A stretch of DNA of 64,000 bases. Origin: an uncultured Actinomycetes bacterium. Its GTDB lineage: Bacteria > Actinomycetota > Acidimicrobiia > IMCC26256 > PALSA-610. Location: contig CAWASN010000007.1 of the NCBI GenBank assembly GCA_963784845.1, positions 1,169,200 through 1,233,199 of the forward strand, read 5' to 3'. A program made the position numbers and the translations under genes. Below are positions 32,297-42,858 of the stretch, one piece after another; the first letter of the stretch is position 1; every line of letters begins with the position of its first letter. The notes under the pieces are model-generated. The model searched no databases and was not told the origin of the DNA. It saw only the letters and a list, made by a program, of their open reading frames with translations.

Positions 32297-33027
32297 TCAG
32301 CTCTGGGGCGGAGGATGGGCGCCCACATATCGCCCTCGAGGCGGTACGTCGGATCGGTCGCGGCAGCGCAATGCCGCGACCGTTTCGCGATGCCGCCACA
32401 GCACGAGCGCCGAGCCGACGGCGTCGCGCTCGTGCTCGTTGCCGAACGGGCCCGACTCCGGCGCCGCGAGTCTGAGCGCAGAGCGGATAGATCTCGACAC
32501 GCGTACGCGGCGCGGGCGGATCGAACGGCCAGATCGCCGTTCCGGCATCTCGCAGCCGAGCGAGCAGAGGCATGCCCCGGACCGATCCCGGCGCCGACCT
32601 GGCCGTTCCCGACGAGCTGGAACACCGACTTCGCCGTGCGGGTACCGGGTCTCGCATCGACGGAAGCGGTCGCTCGGGCGGCACCTCGCAACGGGTGCGC
32701 CAAAACGGCGGCCGTCGGCACGAGCCAGTGTCACCTTCGCTCGCGGCGAGCGACCAGACCTCGTCGGCGGTGGTGCAGCCGAGCGCGCGCGCGAACCATT
32801 CCGGCACACCGAAGGAGAAGTCGAAGCCGGCGATGACCGGCGGGGCGACAATCCCGGACGTAGTCGGTCGCCTCCTCGCGAGTCGCCACTGCCCGGCTCT
32901 CGACGAGACGGCCCTCGCGTACGACCGCGAGCCAGATCCCGCTCCTCGGGTGCGTCCTTTTCGCCCCCGACCAGTCGATCGCGATCACCGTCGGCGGTGG
33001 CGCCGGAATATCGGGTGGCTCGGCCAC
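32297..33027 (-). CDS. DUF429-like predicted RNase H-fold protein, frameshifted
   Basis: [35 protein letters not shown]. Confidence 0.6.
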
Positions 33028-33049
33028 GGCCAGAAGCTACCGTGCGCGG

Positions 33050-33819
33050 ATGGTCGCCGAAGTGGTGTTGGAAGCTCGCGGCCTCGTGAAGGACTACCGG
33101 CGTGACCGCGCGGTCGACGGTGTCGATCTCGTCGTGCGCACGGGGGAACGGGTCGGCTCTGCTCGGTCCCAACGGTGCGGGCAAGACCACGACCTTGCTC
33201 ATGATCCTCGGCGTGGTCTCGCCCGACGAAGGCGCGGTGACGATCTGCGGACTCGATCTCGCACGGCAGCGGAGCCGGGCGGCGGAATGCACGTCGGATT
33301 CGCCGCCGGGTACCTTCCGCTCACCGAACGCATGCGGGTGCGCGAGTACTTGCGGCTCTACGGGCAGCTCTACGGCATCGCCGACCCGAATCCACTGATC
33401 GAGCAGGGGCTGGAGCGGTTCCGCATCGGCGATCTCGCAGCCGCGATGGGCACGGAGCTGTCGTCGGGTCAGCGGACGCTCATCGGCATCGTCCGCGCGA
33501 CATTGCACCGACCCCGGCTGCTCGTGCTCGACGAGCCGACCGCGTCCCTCGATCCCGACGTCGCGCAGCGGGTCCGCGACGGGGCTGCTCGACTCTGTGC
33601 ACCGACGGCACCGCGCTGCTTGATGACGAGTCACGACATGAGCGACGTCGAGCGGGTGTGCGAGCGCGTCGTGTTCTTGTCTCACGGGCGCATCGTCGCC
33701 GACGGCACCGCCGGCGAGGGTCGCGGCCGTCGTACGGCCACGGCGATCTCGCGGGCGTGTTCCTCCACCTTGCCGAGAGTCACGATCCGACCCGTACCCA
33801 GCAGAGCGACCACCCGTGA
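33050..33819 (+). CDS. ABC transporter ATP-binding protein, frameshifted
   Basis: [22 protein letters not shown]. Confidence 0.88.
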
Positions 33820-34662
33820 GTCGCGCGACTGCCGGGACCCGATCCAGGCCGACGAGCGGCGCAAAGTCGTGGCTGCGTATGCGCGCCGATCGTCGCGCCG
33901 GCACGCGTACGTGCTCGTGCGGAGCCCTCACCGCCTGTTCGACGTATCGCTGTGGCCACTCGTCGACGTGCTCTTGTTCGGATCGCTCGCCGCGTTCGTG
34001 GGCACGTCGGGTCACGGCGCCCGCGGCGAAGGCGTCCGGCTACCTGCTCGCCGGCATCGTGCTCTGGCACGTGATCTACCAGTCGCAGATCGCGATGAGC
34101 ACCGGGCTGCTCGAGGAGACCTGGACCCGCAACCTCCTGAACCTGATGGTCACGCCGCTGCGCGAGGTCGAGTACCTCGGTGGGCGTGGCGCTGTTCGGC
34201 ATGGTCAAGCTCGTCATCGGCGTCGGGGTGATGGTGCTCGGCGCGCTCGCGTTCTTCTCGTTCCGACACGTGGTCGCTCGGCTTCGGGCTCGTGCCGATC
34301 GCCGCGGTGCTGCTGCGTCGTCGGGTGGGCGATCTCGTTGCTCGTCATGGGACTGGTGCTGCGATTCGGCACGGGCGCCGAGGCGCTCGCCTGGGGGGTC
34401 ATGTTCGTGCTGTTGCCGCTGTCGGGCGTCTTCTATCCGACCAAGGCGCTGCCGGGCCTCATGCAGCCGCTCGCCCTCGCGCTGCCGACGACCCACGCGT
34501 TCAGCGCGTTGCGGTCGCTCGTCGACCACCGCGGCGACGACTGGTCGCAGCTCGCGATCGCCGCGACCGGCTCGTCTCGCGATGCTCGGATCGACGATGT
34601 GGTTCCTCGTCGCGATGCTGCGCACGTTTCGCAAGCGCGGCTACATCACTCGCTACACGTGA
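33816..34662 (+). CDS. ABC-2 type transporter permease, frameshifted
   Basis: LEETWTRNLLNLMVTPL, PLSGVFYP, LPTTHAF. Confidence 0.85.
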
Positions 34663-34747
34663 GACGGTGACGGCTCGCAACCACGCCGGGAGCAGCGCCG
34701 GGCAATCCGGACGACTACCGGTCCGGAGCCACTCGAACGAGCGGAGC

Positions 34748-35532
34748 TCAGTCGCGGAGGTCGACGATCACGGGCGCGTGATCGGACGGCCCGGTTCCCT
34801 TCCGTGCGTTGCGATCTACGACTGCCCACGTCGCCCGCGTCGGCCACGGGCGCGGTCGCGAGCACGAGATCGATGCGCATGCCTCGATGCTGATGGAAGT
34901 CGCCCGCGCGGTAATCCCAGTAGCTGTAGAGCCGGTCGGCATCGGGGTAGACGCGGCGGAACAGGTCCTGGAAACCCCACTCCTCGAGCCGCGCCACCGC
35001 TTTGCGCTCCGGCTCGGTCACGTGGGTCGAACCCACGAATCGCTTCGGATCCCAGACGTCTCGATCTTGCGGTGCGACGTTGAAGTCGCCCATGACGACG
35101 AGCGGGTCGTCGCGGGTGTAGCTCGCGTCGATCCAGTCGTACATGCTCGCCAACCAGCCCAGCTTGCGTTCGTAGAAGTCGGTGGCGACCTCCCGCCCGT
35201 TCGGTACGTAGACGCTGACGACGCGGAGCCCTCCGCAGGTTCGCGGCGAGAACGCGCGCGTCGCCTTCGTAGGGATCGAGGTGCGCGTCGCCGAAACCGT
35301 TCGAGGGGTCGGTGATACCCACGCGCGACAGGATCGCAACGCCGTTCCACTGTCCCTGTCCGTGGTGCACCGATTCGTACCCGAGCGACTGGAAGGTCAG
35401 CGCGGGAAACGACTTGTCGGCCAACTTCGTCTCCTGTAGGCACAACACGTCGACCTCGGCGTATCCGAGGAACTCCTCGACGCGCGGGAGCCGGGCCTTC
35501 AAGGAGTTGACGTTCCACGTCGCGATCCGCAT
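34748..35532 (-). CDS. xth: Exodeoxyribonuclease III, frameshifted
   Basis: IATWNVNS, LQETK, VYVPNG, GDFNVAP, RID, SDHAPV. Confidence 0.92.
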
Positions 35533-35543
35533 CGGACGGCAGG

Positions 35544-35944
35544 CTAGGCCGGATCAACGGGCGGGCCCGCCGCGTCGGCGGGAAGGTAGCCGGGGTTCGC
35601 GACGAGGAGCTTTTCCCGCACGGTGGCGCGTACGTGCAACCGCACCGCGTCGAGACGATCGTCGAGCGATCCGTCCCGGATCCCTTGCGCGATCGCGCGC
35701 TCGAGGGAGCGCACGTCGGCGGGTGCTCCCACATCGCGCTCCGGGAGCAAGGCGGCCGCCCGCGCGCTCCGCGTCGACGAAGGCCGGGCCGTCGATCAGC
35801 TCCCGTTCGATCATGGCCGAGCGCGTTCACCGAGACGCGAGTGTGGAACTGCACTCTTGCCTCGGTGGCAGGCATCACGTCACGCTCGAGGAATTCGCGC
35901 ACCGCCTGCACGAGCTCGGCGGCCGTGGGTCGATCCTGGGCCAT
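35544..35944 (-). CDS. DUF6285 (LvaB-like) small protein, frameshifted
   Basis: MAQDRPTAAELVQAVREFL...KLLVANPGY. Confidence 0.8.
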
Positions 35945-35947
35945 CGT

Positions 35948-36953
35948 TCACCACCCGCCGTCGAGGATCTCGAGCAGGTCCCACTCGGTCTCGGCGACCC
36001 GGCGGCCGAGAGTGGCGAGCTCGACCGAGCGCACCAGGCCATGGAGATGGGTGAAGGCCTGGCCCACGCAAATGACGCCCCACTTCAGGGTTCCGAGCGC
36101 GATCCAGAACCGGAGATCGTCCTCGCTGACGGGATGGCCCCCGCTGCGCTCGTACGCGGCCAGGAGATCGGCGACATCGCCGAACCCGCCGACGAGTTTC
36201 TCCCGACTCCGAAACGCCACGACTTCACGCAGAGCCAGCCCGAGATCCTCGGCGGGATCGCCGAGATGCGCGAGCTCCCAGTCGAGCACCGCCCGGATTC
36301 CTTCGGACCCGATGATGAAGTTGCCATTGCGGAAGTCGCCGTGCACCAGCCCCGGCTCCGCGGGAGGCGCGCGGCACTCGTTCGGCGAGCCACCGGAGTC
36401 CGAGCTCGAAGGCGGGATGGGGCTCGTCGAAGGTGTCGAGGTAGGTGCGGTACTGATCGAGCTGTTCCGCGGCGCCGAGAGTCCGAAGCTGCGGCAGCAC
36501 GCCCGCGTCGATGGCGTGGATGCGGGCCGCGATCTCACCGCATTGCGCGGCCAAGCCGGGACGGACGCCGGCGTAGGCGTCGTCGCGAAGAATCTTGCGT
36601 GGAATCGTCTCGCCGTCGACGCGGTCCATCACGAAGCCCCGGCCGAGGTCGTCCTCGGGCCGCAACAGCACCCGGACGCGAGGCACCGGCACGCCGGCCG
36701 CAGCCGCCGCTTCCAAGAGCTGGTACTCCGTCGAGCGGTCCGATTCGCCCCCGTGCTCACCCGGGTCGCGACGCAGTACGAATCCGCGGCCGTGTTCGGT
36801 GCCGACCAGATCGAACGACCACGTTTCCCGCGACGCCCCACCCGACAGACGCCTGAGCTGGTCCACCGAACCGGGCCCGCACGCCGGAGCGATCGCACGT
36901 GCCAGCGCCTCCGGGATCTGGGGTTCGAGCCACGGGCCGACGCTATCGAGCAC
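35948..36953 (-). CDS. APH-family phosphotransferase (LvaA/ACAD10 kinase-like), frameshifted
   Basis: LSGGASRETW, VHGDFRNGN, LDWELAHLGDP. Confidence 0.88.
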
Positions 36954-37125
36954 GACCCCGCCGAACCCACTACGGCATTGGCGCAGTCCCGGAGCGCAGC
37001 GTGGCCGCATCACCCGCGAAAATGCGCAGCTCGACGTCCGCTCCGACGCCCGCCCGGGCCCGATCTGCACACTTTCTCCACAGGTGCGTGAGGACTCCTC
37101 CACCGCGGATCCGTATCCTCGCGGG

Positions 37126-37845
37126 GTGACCTCGCTTGCGCCGAGAGCGCGAGATGGGCTGGTCCGCACGGTCGTCGTGATCGAGGACGAACAGCCGATC
37201 GCCCAGGCGGTCGCCGCGCGGCTGCGCAGCGAGGGCTACCGGGTCGAGATCGCAGCCGACGGTCCGAGCGGTGTCGCGCTGTGCGAGCGGATCCAGCCCG
37301 ACGTCGTCGTGCTCGACCTCATGCTCCCCGGCCTCGACGGCATCGAGGTCTGCAAGCGCATCCAACGCGACCGTCCGCTACCCGTCTTGATGCTCACGGC
37401 TCGCGACGGTGAGACCGACCTGCTCGTCGGGCTGGCGGTCGGTGCCGACGACTACATGACCAAGCCGTTCAGCATGCGCGAGTTGATCGCCCGGGTCCAC
37501 GCCTTGCTCCGGCGGGCCGAGCGGTCGGGCGATTCGCCGCTGCCGGCGGTCGTCCGGATCGGCGACGTCGAACTCGACGCAACGACGCGTCGGGTTCGCG
37601 TCGACGGTCAGCTCGTGCACCTCACGCCCATCGAGTTCGACCTGGTCCACTATCTCGCGGCTCGGCCCGGGCGAGTGTCGACCCGCGAGGAGCTTCTCGC
37701 CCAGGTGTGGGGTTACGACGTTCCCTCGGGGGCGCGGACCGTCGACTCGCACGTCCGCACGATCCGGCGCAAGCTCGGCTCTTCGATCGTGCGCACGGTG
37801 CACGGTGTGGGCTACGCCGTGGAGGAGGCCCACGCGTGCGCCTGA
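37126..37845 (+). CDS. OmpR-family response regulator
   Basis: VIEDE, LDLMLPG, GADDYMTKPF, TVDSHVRTIRRK. Confidence 0.93.
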   Translation: MTSLAPRARDGLVRTVVVIEDEQPIAQAVAARLRSEGYRVEIAADGPSGVALCERIQPDVVVLDLMLPGLDGIEVCKRIQRDRPLPVLMLTARDGETDLLVGLAVGADDYMTKPFSMRELIARVHALLRRAERSGDSPLPAVVRIGDVELDATTRRVRVDGQLVHLTPIEFDLVHYLAARPGRVSTREELLAQVWGYDVPSGARTVDSHVRTIRRKLGSSIVRTVHGVGYAVEEAHACA

Positions 37846-38868
37846 AACGCCCCCGCACACCGGAGCGGCCACTCGACCCGCTGCCGACGCTGAAGCTCAA
37901 GATCAGCGTGATCATCCTCGCGGCAGTGGCGGTCACCGTCGGTGTGTTCTTCGTCGGCTTGAAGGTCGGGCTCTGGCCATCGGTCGCGGGCGTGCTGTCC
38001 GGGTTCGTCGCCCTCGCCGTCGTGTGGGTCCTCGCCCGGGGACTCACCTCGCCTTTGCGCGAGATGGTCGCCGCCACCGAGGCGATGGCCCGTGGCGACT
38101 TCTCGGCCCGTGTCACCGCGATCTCGCACGACGAGATCGGCACCCTTGCTCACGCGTTCAACCAGATGGCGGGCGAGCTCGCCGAGACCGACCGCTTGCG
38201 TCGGGACTTGGTCGCCAACGTGAGCCACGAGCTGCGAACACCGATCACCGCGCTGCAGGCCGTGCTCGAGAATCTCGTCGACGGTGTCGGGAACGGCCGA
38301 CCCGGAGACGCTACGTACGATGCTCGCCCAGGTCGAGCGGCTGGGTCGCCTCGTGCAGCAGCTCCTCGACCTGTCCCGACTCGAATCGGGCACCCTGCCG
38401 CTCGACCGCACTTCGTTCGATGTCCGCCCGATGCTCGAGCACGCGATCCGCGAGTCACAACTGCACGCCATCGACGTCCATTTCGACATCGAGATCGCTC
38501 CGCGCGACTTTCGCCTCGAGGCCGATGCCGAACGCCTGCACCAGGTTGTCACCAACCTCGTGGAGAACGCATTGCGGCACTCTCCCCCCAAGGAACGGTG
38601 CTGGTGCGAGCGGTGGCCGCGCCCGAAGGAGGAGCCCGGCTCGAGGTCTCCGACGACGGCCCCGGCATCCCCGACAGCGAAGCGACCCGCGTCTTCGAAC
38701 GTTTCTACCGCGCCGACTCCGCTCGCTCGTCGAGCGACGGCGGTGCGGGCCTCGGTCTCGCGATCGCACGTTGGATCGTGGAACTCCACGGCGGCGACAT
38801 CCGCGTGACTCGCAACGAGCCGCACGGGTGTCGCATGATCGCCGTCATCCCGGGTCGCGTCGATCTGA
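37836..38868 (+). CDS. HAMP-domain sensor histidine kinase, frameshifted; end uncertain
   Basis: 2 TM segments, DEIGTLAHAFN, VSHELRTP, NLVENA, DDGPGI, GAGLGLAI. Confidence 0.9.
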
Positions 38869-38912
38869 GCGCGCGCTCCCACTCCCGAGCTCATCAACTG
38901 AAGGACGGTCCC

Positions 38913-39555
38913 GTGCCGCTTACCTCTATCGACGACGCACTACGACGCATCCGCCGGGGCGAGATGGTGCTCGTGGTCGACGACGAAGATCGCGAGAACG
39001 AGGGCGACCTCACGCTCGCGGCCGAGTGGGTCACGCCCGAGGCCATCAACTTCATGATGCGTTGGGCCCGCGGGCTCGTCTGCATGCCGTCCAGCGTGAG
39101 CCGCCTCGACGAGCTGGAGATCGGGCCGATGGTTCCGCCCGACGTCGCGGGCTGCGACACCGCGTTCACGGTGTCGATCGACCATCGCGAGGCCGGAAGC
39201 GGCATCGGCGCCCACGACCGCGCGCTGACCGTGCGCAAGATCCTCGATCCCGCGTCGCGTCCCGACCACTTCATCCGCCCGGGGCACGTGTTCCCGTTGC
39301 GGGCGAAAGAGGGCGGCGTGCTCGAGCGGCGCGGCCACACCGAAGCAGCCGTCGATCTTGCTCGCCTGGCCGGTTGCGCCCCCGTCGCGGTGATCTGCGA
39401 AGTGCTGCACGACGACGGCTCGCCCGCCCGCTTCCCCTACCTCGAGCTGTTCGCCCAGGAGCATCGCATCGCGCTCGGTCTCGGTGGCACAGCTCGTCGA
39501 GTACCGCGAGCAGGCCGGCACCGCGTCCGGCGTGCGGCACACGCTCCTCCTGTAG
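38913..39555 (+). CDS. ribB: 3,4-dihydroxy-2-butanone-4-phosphate synthase (stand-alone)
   Basis: DDEDRENEGD, RPGHVFPL, RRGHTEAAVDL, ICE. Confidence 0.92.
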
Positions 39556-39585
39556 CCGCGGGACGGGATCGGGGCGGGAACCCCG

Positions 39586-40608
39586 CTACGCGCTCTCCTC
39601 GGCCGCGCCGACGGGGCGGTCGTCGATGATCTGGTCGAGGTACTCGGACAGGCCGTAGCCGGTCATGCCGTTGCACGACCACTCCGTCATGCCTTCGGAG
39701 ATCCGCGTCACCAGCTGTTCCCCCTCCGGCGTCGTGCGCCGGTTGCGCAGCGGGATGAGGTTGAGCACGTTGCCGGTGATCTCGTAGGTCTGGGTTGGCG
39801 TTGTGGCCGTGGCGCGCACCTCGGCGTGGTACCGGTCGTCGCCGCTCCACACGGTCTCGATCGTCGCGGCGCTGATGTGCTCGTAGGCGCCGTCCCTGAG
39901 CACCATCCCGCCGTAGCGGCGGCCACCGTCGCGCGAAGCGATGATCGACACGACGAAGCCGAACTCGCCGCCGAAGTTCGCGGTGAGCCACCGGTACCAC
40001 CACGGCGCCTGCCAAAAGCGTGGTCCCCACGAGTGATCGCGCAAACCGAACCCGGTGACGGACCACTCGTCTCCGGCGACCCGGATGGTTCCCTCGACCG
40101 ACATGTGCTGCTCGTAGTGGCCGCGCGCGAACCCTCCGGAATGGTCTTCGGACAACGGCGACCCGTCGTCGTTCACGGGCTCGCCGCCGTACATGGGGGA
40201 CACGCCTCGGTGTGTCAGCTCGACGTGCGCGTCGACCCATGGGTTCTCGGTGAACGCACGGCGCGGGTTCGCCATCTGCAACGGCTCGGTGAGCACTGCC
40301 AGCTTGCCGTCGTAGGTGGTACGCACCTCCTCGAACGGAGTGACGATCTCGAAGCGCGTGCCGCCCGCATCGAAGGAGCTGTTGTCGGAGATTGCCGGCC
40401 GGTTGTAGGTGAACGCCACTCGTCCGTCGGGGAGGTACAGGCACGTCGTCAGCTCCGCGTACCCCTCGTTCGCACGATTCCCGAGGCGGAGGAACCCGCC
40501 GACGCGAGTGGTGGGGTCGAACACGTTGAAGTACATCGACTCGTTGAAGTTCGATGCCTCCTCCAGCGCGTGCATGTACTCGTCCTCTGGCTCCATTCGT
40601 ATGCGCAT
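39586..40608 (-). CDS. Uncharacterised beta-barrel protein (tocopherol-cyclase/DUF7064-like)
   Basis: FNESMYFN, GHYEQH, GLRDHSWGPR. Confidence 0.7.
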   Translation of the reverse strand: MRIRMEPEDEYMHALEEASNFNESMYFNVFDPTTRVGGFLRLGNRANEGYAELTTCLYLPDGRVAFTYNRPAISDNSSFDAGGTRFEIVTPFEEVRTTYDGKLAVLTEPLQMANPRRAFTENPWVDAHVELTHRGVSPMYGGEPVNDDGSPLSEDHSGGFARGHYEQHMSVEGTIRVAGDEWSVTGFGLRDHSWGPRFWQAPWWYRWLTANFGGEFGFVVSIIASRDGGRRYGGMVLRDGAYEHISAATIETVWSGDDRYHAEVRATATTPTQTYEITGNVLNLIPLRNRRTTPEGEQLVTRISEGMTEWSCNGMTGYGLSEYLDQIIDDRPVGAAEESA

Positions 40609-40661
40609 GTGCGTATCTTGACCTGCGGCGAGTCCTGATGCTCAGCTGCGGTGGGAGCGAG

Positions 40662-40720
40662 CCGGAGAGCGGCTGTCCAGAGAGCGGCTCTCCACAGAGC
40701 GGCTGTCCAGAGAGGCGGTA
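40662..40720. repeat. 15-bp tandem repeat x4 (CCAGAGAGCGGCTGT), degenerate
   Basis: Units at 40662, 40677, 40692, 40707, in a divergent intergenic gap. Confidence 0.8.
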
Positions 40721-40728
40721 CGACGAGT

Positions 40729-41646
40729 ATGAGTCAGCCGGAGATCACCGAGATCACGTCGGGACTGCAGTTCCCGGAGGGCCCCGTCGCGATGCCCGAC
40801 GGCAGTGTCATCGTCGTGGAGCTGAAGGGTGCGTGCGTCACGCGCGTGCAACCCGACGGCACCAAGAGTCGGATTGCGGCCTGCGGGGGATCCCCGAACG
40901 GCGCCGCCGTCGGTCCCGACGGCGCGCTGTACATCTGCAACAGCGGCGGGTGGCGCTTCAGCGAGATCATCGGCTTGACCATCCCCGACACCGAGCTCCC
41001 GCCTGATCACAGCGGCGGCCGTATCGAGCGCATCGATATCGAGACGGGCGCAGTCGAGGTCCTCTACTCCGAGTGCGACGGCCACGAGCTCATCGGACCG
41101 AACGACATCGTGTTCGACTCCTTCGGCGGGATGTGGTTCACCGATCACGGACGTCGTGAGGGCCGCGTCCAGCACGTCGGCGCGATCTACTACGCGTTGC
41201 CGGATGGTTCGTCGATCCGCGAGGTCGTGTTCCCGAGCGACTCGCCGAACGGCATCGGCTTGTCGCCCGACGGTACGCGCCTCTACGCGGCGGAAACGCA
41301 CACCGGGCGTGTCTACGCGTGGAACGTCACCGGCCCGGGAGAAGTCGAACGCAACGCCGTCGGCACGGCCGGCGCGATGCTGTGCGGCCTTCCCGGCATG
41401 CAGCTGTTCGACTCCCTCGGCATCGACAGCGACGGCAACATCGTCGTCGCGACCCTCGTGACAGGCGCGCTCACGGTCATCTCCCCGGCCGGTGACGTGC
41501 TCGACCAGGTGCTCACCGGGGATCCGATGACGACGAACGTGTGCTGGGGTGGTCCGGACGGTCGCACCGCGTACGTGACGTGCTCGGGGACGGGCCGCCT
41601 CATCTCGCTGCCGTGGCCGCGTGCGGGGCTCGAGCTGAACTACTGA
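40729..41646 (+). CDS. SMP-30/gluconolactonase family protein
   Basis: GLQFPEGP, GPNDIVFD, PNGIGLSPDG, TTNVCWGG. Confidence 0.92.
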   Translation: MSQPEITEITSGLQFPEGPVAMPDGSVIVVELKGACVTRVQPDGTKSRIAACGGSPNGAAVGPDGALYICNSGGWRFSEIIGLTIPDTELPPDHSGGRIERIDIETGAVEVLYSECDGHELIGPNDIVFDSFGGMWFTDHGRREGRVQHVGAIYYALPDGSSIREVVFPSDSPNGIGLSPDGTRLYAAETHTGRVYAWNVTGPGEVERNAVGTAGAMLCGLPGMQLFDSLGIDSDGNIVVATLVTGALTVISPAGDVLDQVLTGDPMTTNVCWGGPDGRTAYVTCSGTGRLISLPWPRAGLELNY

Positions 41647-41715
41647 TCCCGGAACGGTTCGCGCGCGACACCTCCGGTATGCAGCCGGTGGGTCGCCGCG
41701 CGTAGCTTGCTGCGC

Positions 41716-42858
41716 ATGGGACCGCTTGCAGGAGTCAAGATCGTCGAGTTGGCCGGTATCGGACCGGGGCCGTTCGCCGGCATGTTGCTGTCGGACATGG
41801 GCGCCGACATCGTTCGGATCGACCGCGCGGGTCAGGTCGATCCGGCGCAGTTCGCCAAGCCGAACCTCGAGCCGCTGTATCGAGGCCGGCGCTCGATCGG
41901 CGTCGACCTGAAGAACCCGGAGGGCCGGGAGCTCGTGCTCCGCTTGGTCGAGAATGCCGACGCGTTGTTCGAGGGATACCGCCCGGGCGTGACCGAGCGC
42001 CTCGGTCTCGGGCCCGACGACTGCCTGGCCCGGAACCCGAAGCTCGTGTACGGACGCATGACCGGCTGGGGTCAAGAAGGTCCGATGGCGCAGGCTGCCG
42101 GGCACGACATCAACTACATCGCCCTTGCCGGCGCGCTCGCCCACTTCGGTCGAGCCGACAGCAAGCCGACGCCGCCCATCAACCTCGTCGGCGATTTCGG
42201 TGGTGGCGGCATGTTCATGGCGTTCGGGCTCGTGTGCGGCATCCTCGAAGCACAACGCTCGGGTCGGGGGCAGGTGATCGACGTCGCGATGGTCGACGGC
42301 GCCGCGTCGCTCATGGCGATGATCTGGGGGCTCAAGCAGATCGGTGCGTGGAAGGAACAGCCGGGTACGAACGTGCTCGATACCGGCGCGCCCTTCTACG
42401 ACACCTACGAGACCAAGGACGCCAAGTTCGTGTCGCTCGGGTCGTTGGAGCCGCAGTTCTATGCCGAGCTGCTCGCTCGGACCGGCCTCGACGCCGAGGA
42501 GCTTCCCGCGCAGATGGACGCCGCGGGATGGGACACGCTCCGCACGCGTTTCACGGACCTCTTCCGCACCAAGACGCGCGCGGAATGGGACGAGTTGTTG
42601 CTCGGCACCGACGCGTGTTACGCGCCCGTGCTGACGATGAGCGAAGCTACCAATGATGCGCACCTCAAGGCCCGTAACACGATCATCGAACGCGACGGCG
42701 TGCCCCAGCCGGCTCCGGCACCGCGCTTCTCGCGTACGGCCGGCGAGGTGCAGCGGTCCGCGCCGTGGCCCGGCCAGCACACCGACGAGGCTCTCGCCGA
42801 CTGGGGTCTCGGCGACGCCGAGATCGCGAAGCTACGCGAGGCCGGCGCGGTCGCATAG
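41716..42858 (+). CDS. mcr: Alpha-methylacyl-CoA racemase (CaiB/BaiF)
   Basis: ELAGIGPGP, AGHDINY, GDFGGG, QPAPAPRFSRT. Confidence 0.85.
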   Translation: MGPLAGVKIVELAGIGPGPFAGMLLSDMGADIVRIDRAGQVDPAQFAKPNLEPLYRGRRSIGVDLKNPEGRELVLRLVENADALFEGYRPGVTERLGLGPDDCLARNPKLVYGRMTGWGQEGPMAQAAGHDINYIALAGALAHFGRADSKPTPPINLVGDFGGGGMFMAFGLVCGILEAQRSGRGQVIDVAMVDGAASLMAMIWGLKQIGAWKEQPGTNVLDTGAPFYDTYETKDAKFVSLGSLEPQFYAELLARTGLDAEELPAQMDAAGWDTLRTRFTDLFRTKTRAEWDELLLGTDACYAPVLTMSEATNDAHLKARNTIIERDGVPQPAPAPRFSRTAGEVQRSAPWPGQHTDEALADWGLGDAEIAKLREAGAVA

